Shown here in pieces: positions 63,929 to 64,000 of a DNA stretch of 64,000 nt. The notes beneath the pieces were generated by a model. It was not told the DNA's origin and searched no databases. It was given only the letters and a program-made list of their open reading frames with translations. Source of the DNA: Amoebidium appalachense (lineage: Eukaryota; Protista; Ichthyosporea); contig CAVNZM010000017.1 of NCBI GenBank assembly GCA_963693365.1, positions 3,515,375 through 3,579,374 of the forward strand. Direction: 5' to 3'. The stretch's first letter is position 1. Every line of letters starts with the position of its first letter. Both the position numbers and the translations under genes were made by a program.

Positions 63929-64000
63929 CTTGCATTAAAAGTTAAATCCCACAGGGCACCGAATCGCGGAACGGATTCAAAAGCAATCCGGTTCCAAGAA

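Overview
Eukaryotic genomic DNA. The gene set (standalone NEDD8, NPL4 with both zf-NPL4 and a C-terminal NZF finger, UFSP2) points to an opisthokont, probably a unicellular holozoan; this is inference, not an identification. The window has two halves. Bases ~2.2-27.7 kb are GC-rich and gene-dense, with many G-run/GT-microsatellite introns. They carry NEDD8 (-), a membrane-anchored alpha/beta-hydrolase-fold protein with a His-rich tail that resembles plant AXR4 (+), NPL4 (+), an intronless secreted protein of unknown family (-), UFSP2 (+) and nucleoside diphosphate kinase (+). Bases 1-1.8 kb and ~28-64 kb are nested transposon arrays. These contain three families of tyrosine-recombinase (YR) retrotransposons with split direct repeats (A1-ORFs-B1-A2-B2, Ngaro/VIPER-like): two near-full copies, a scrambled copy, a solo A, a solo B and a 1.4-kb non-autonomous relative. 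They also contain two decayed Ty3/Gypsy elements (one a chromovirus), LTR fragments and a gag-like ORF inside diverged inverted repeats. Top leads: (1) a ~100-nt structured B repeat conserved between two otherwise dissimilar YR families, a candidate cis-acting priming/packaging/recombination element that also occurs alone; (2) the non-autonomous A-B-A-B mini-element; (3) an AXR4-like pseudo-hydrolase outside plants; (4) an apparent aberrant same-strand LTR integration. Many frameshifts lie in homopolymers and may be sequencing errors. Most short ORFs in the track are low-complexity artefacts.
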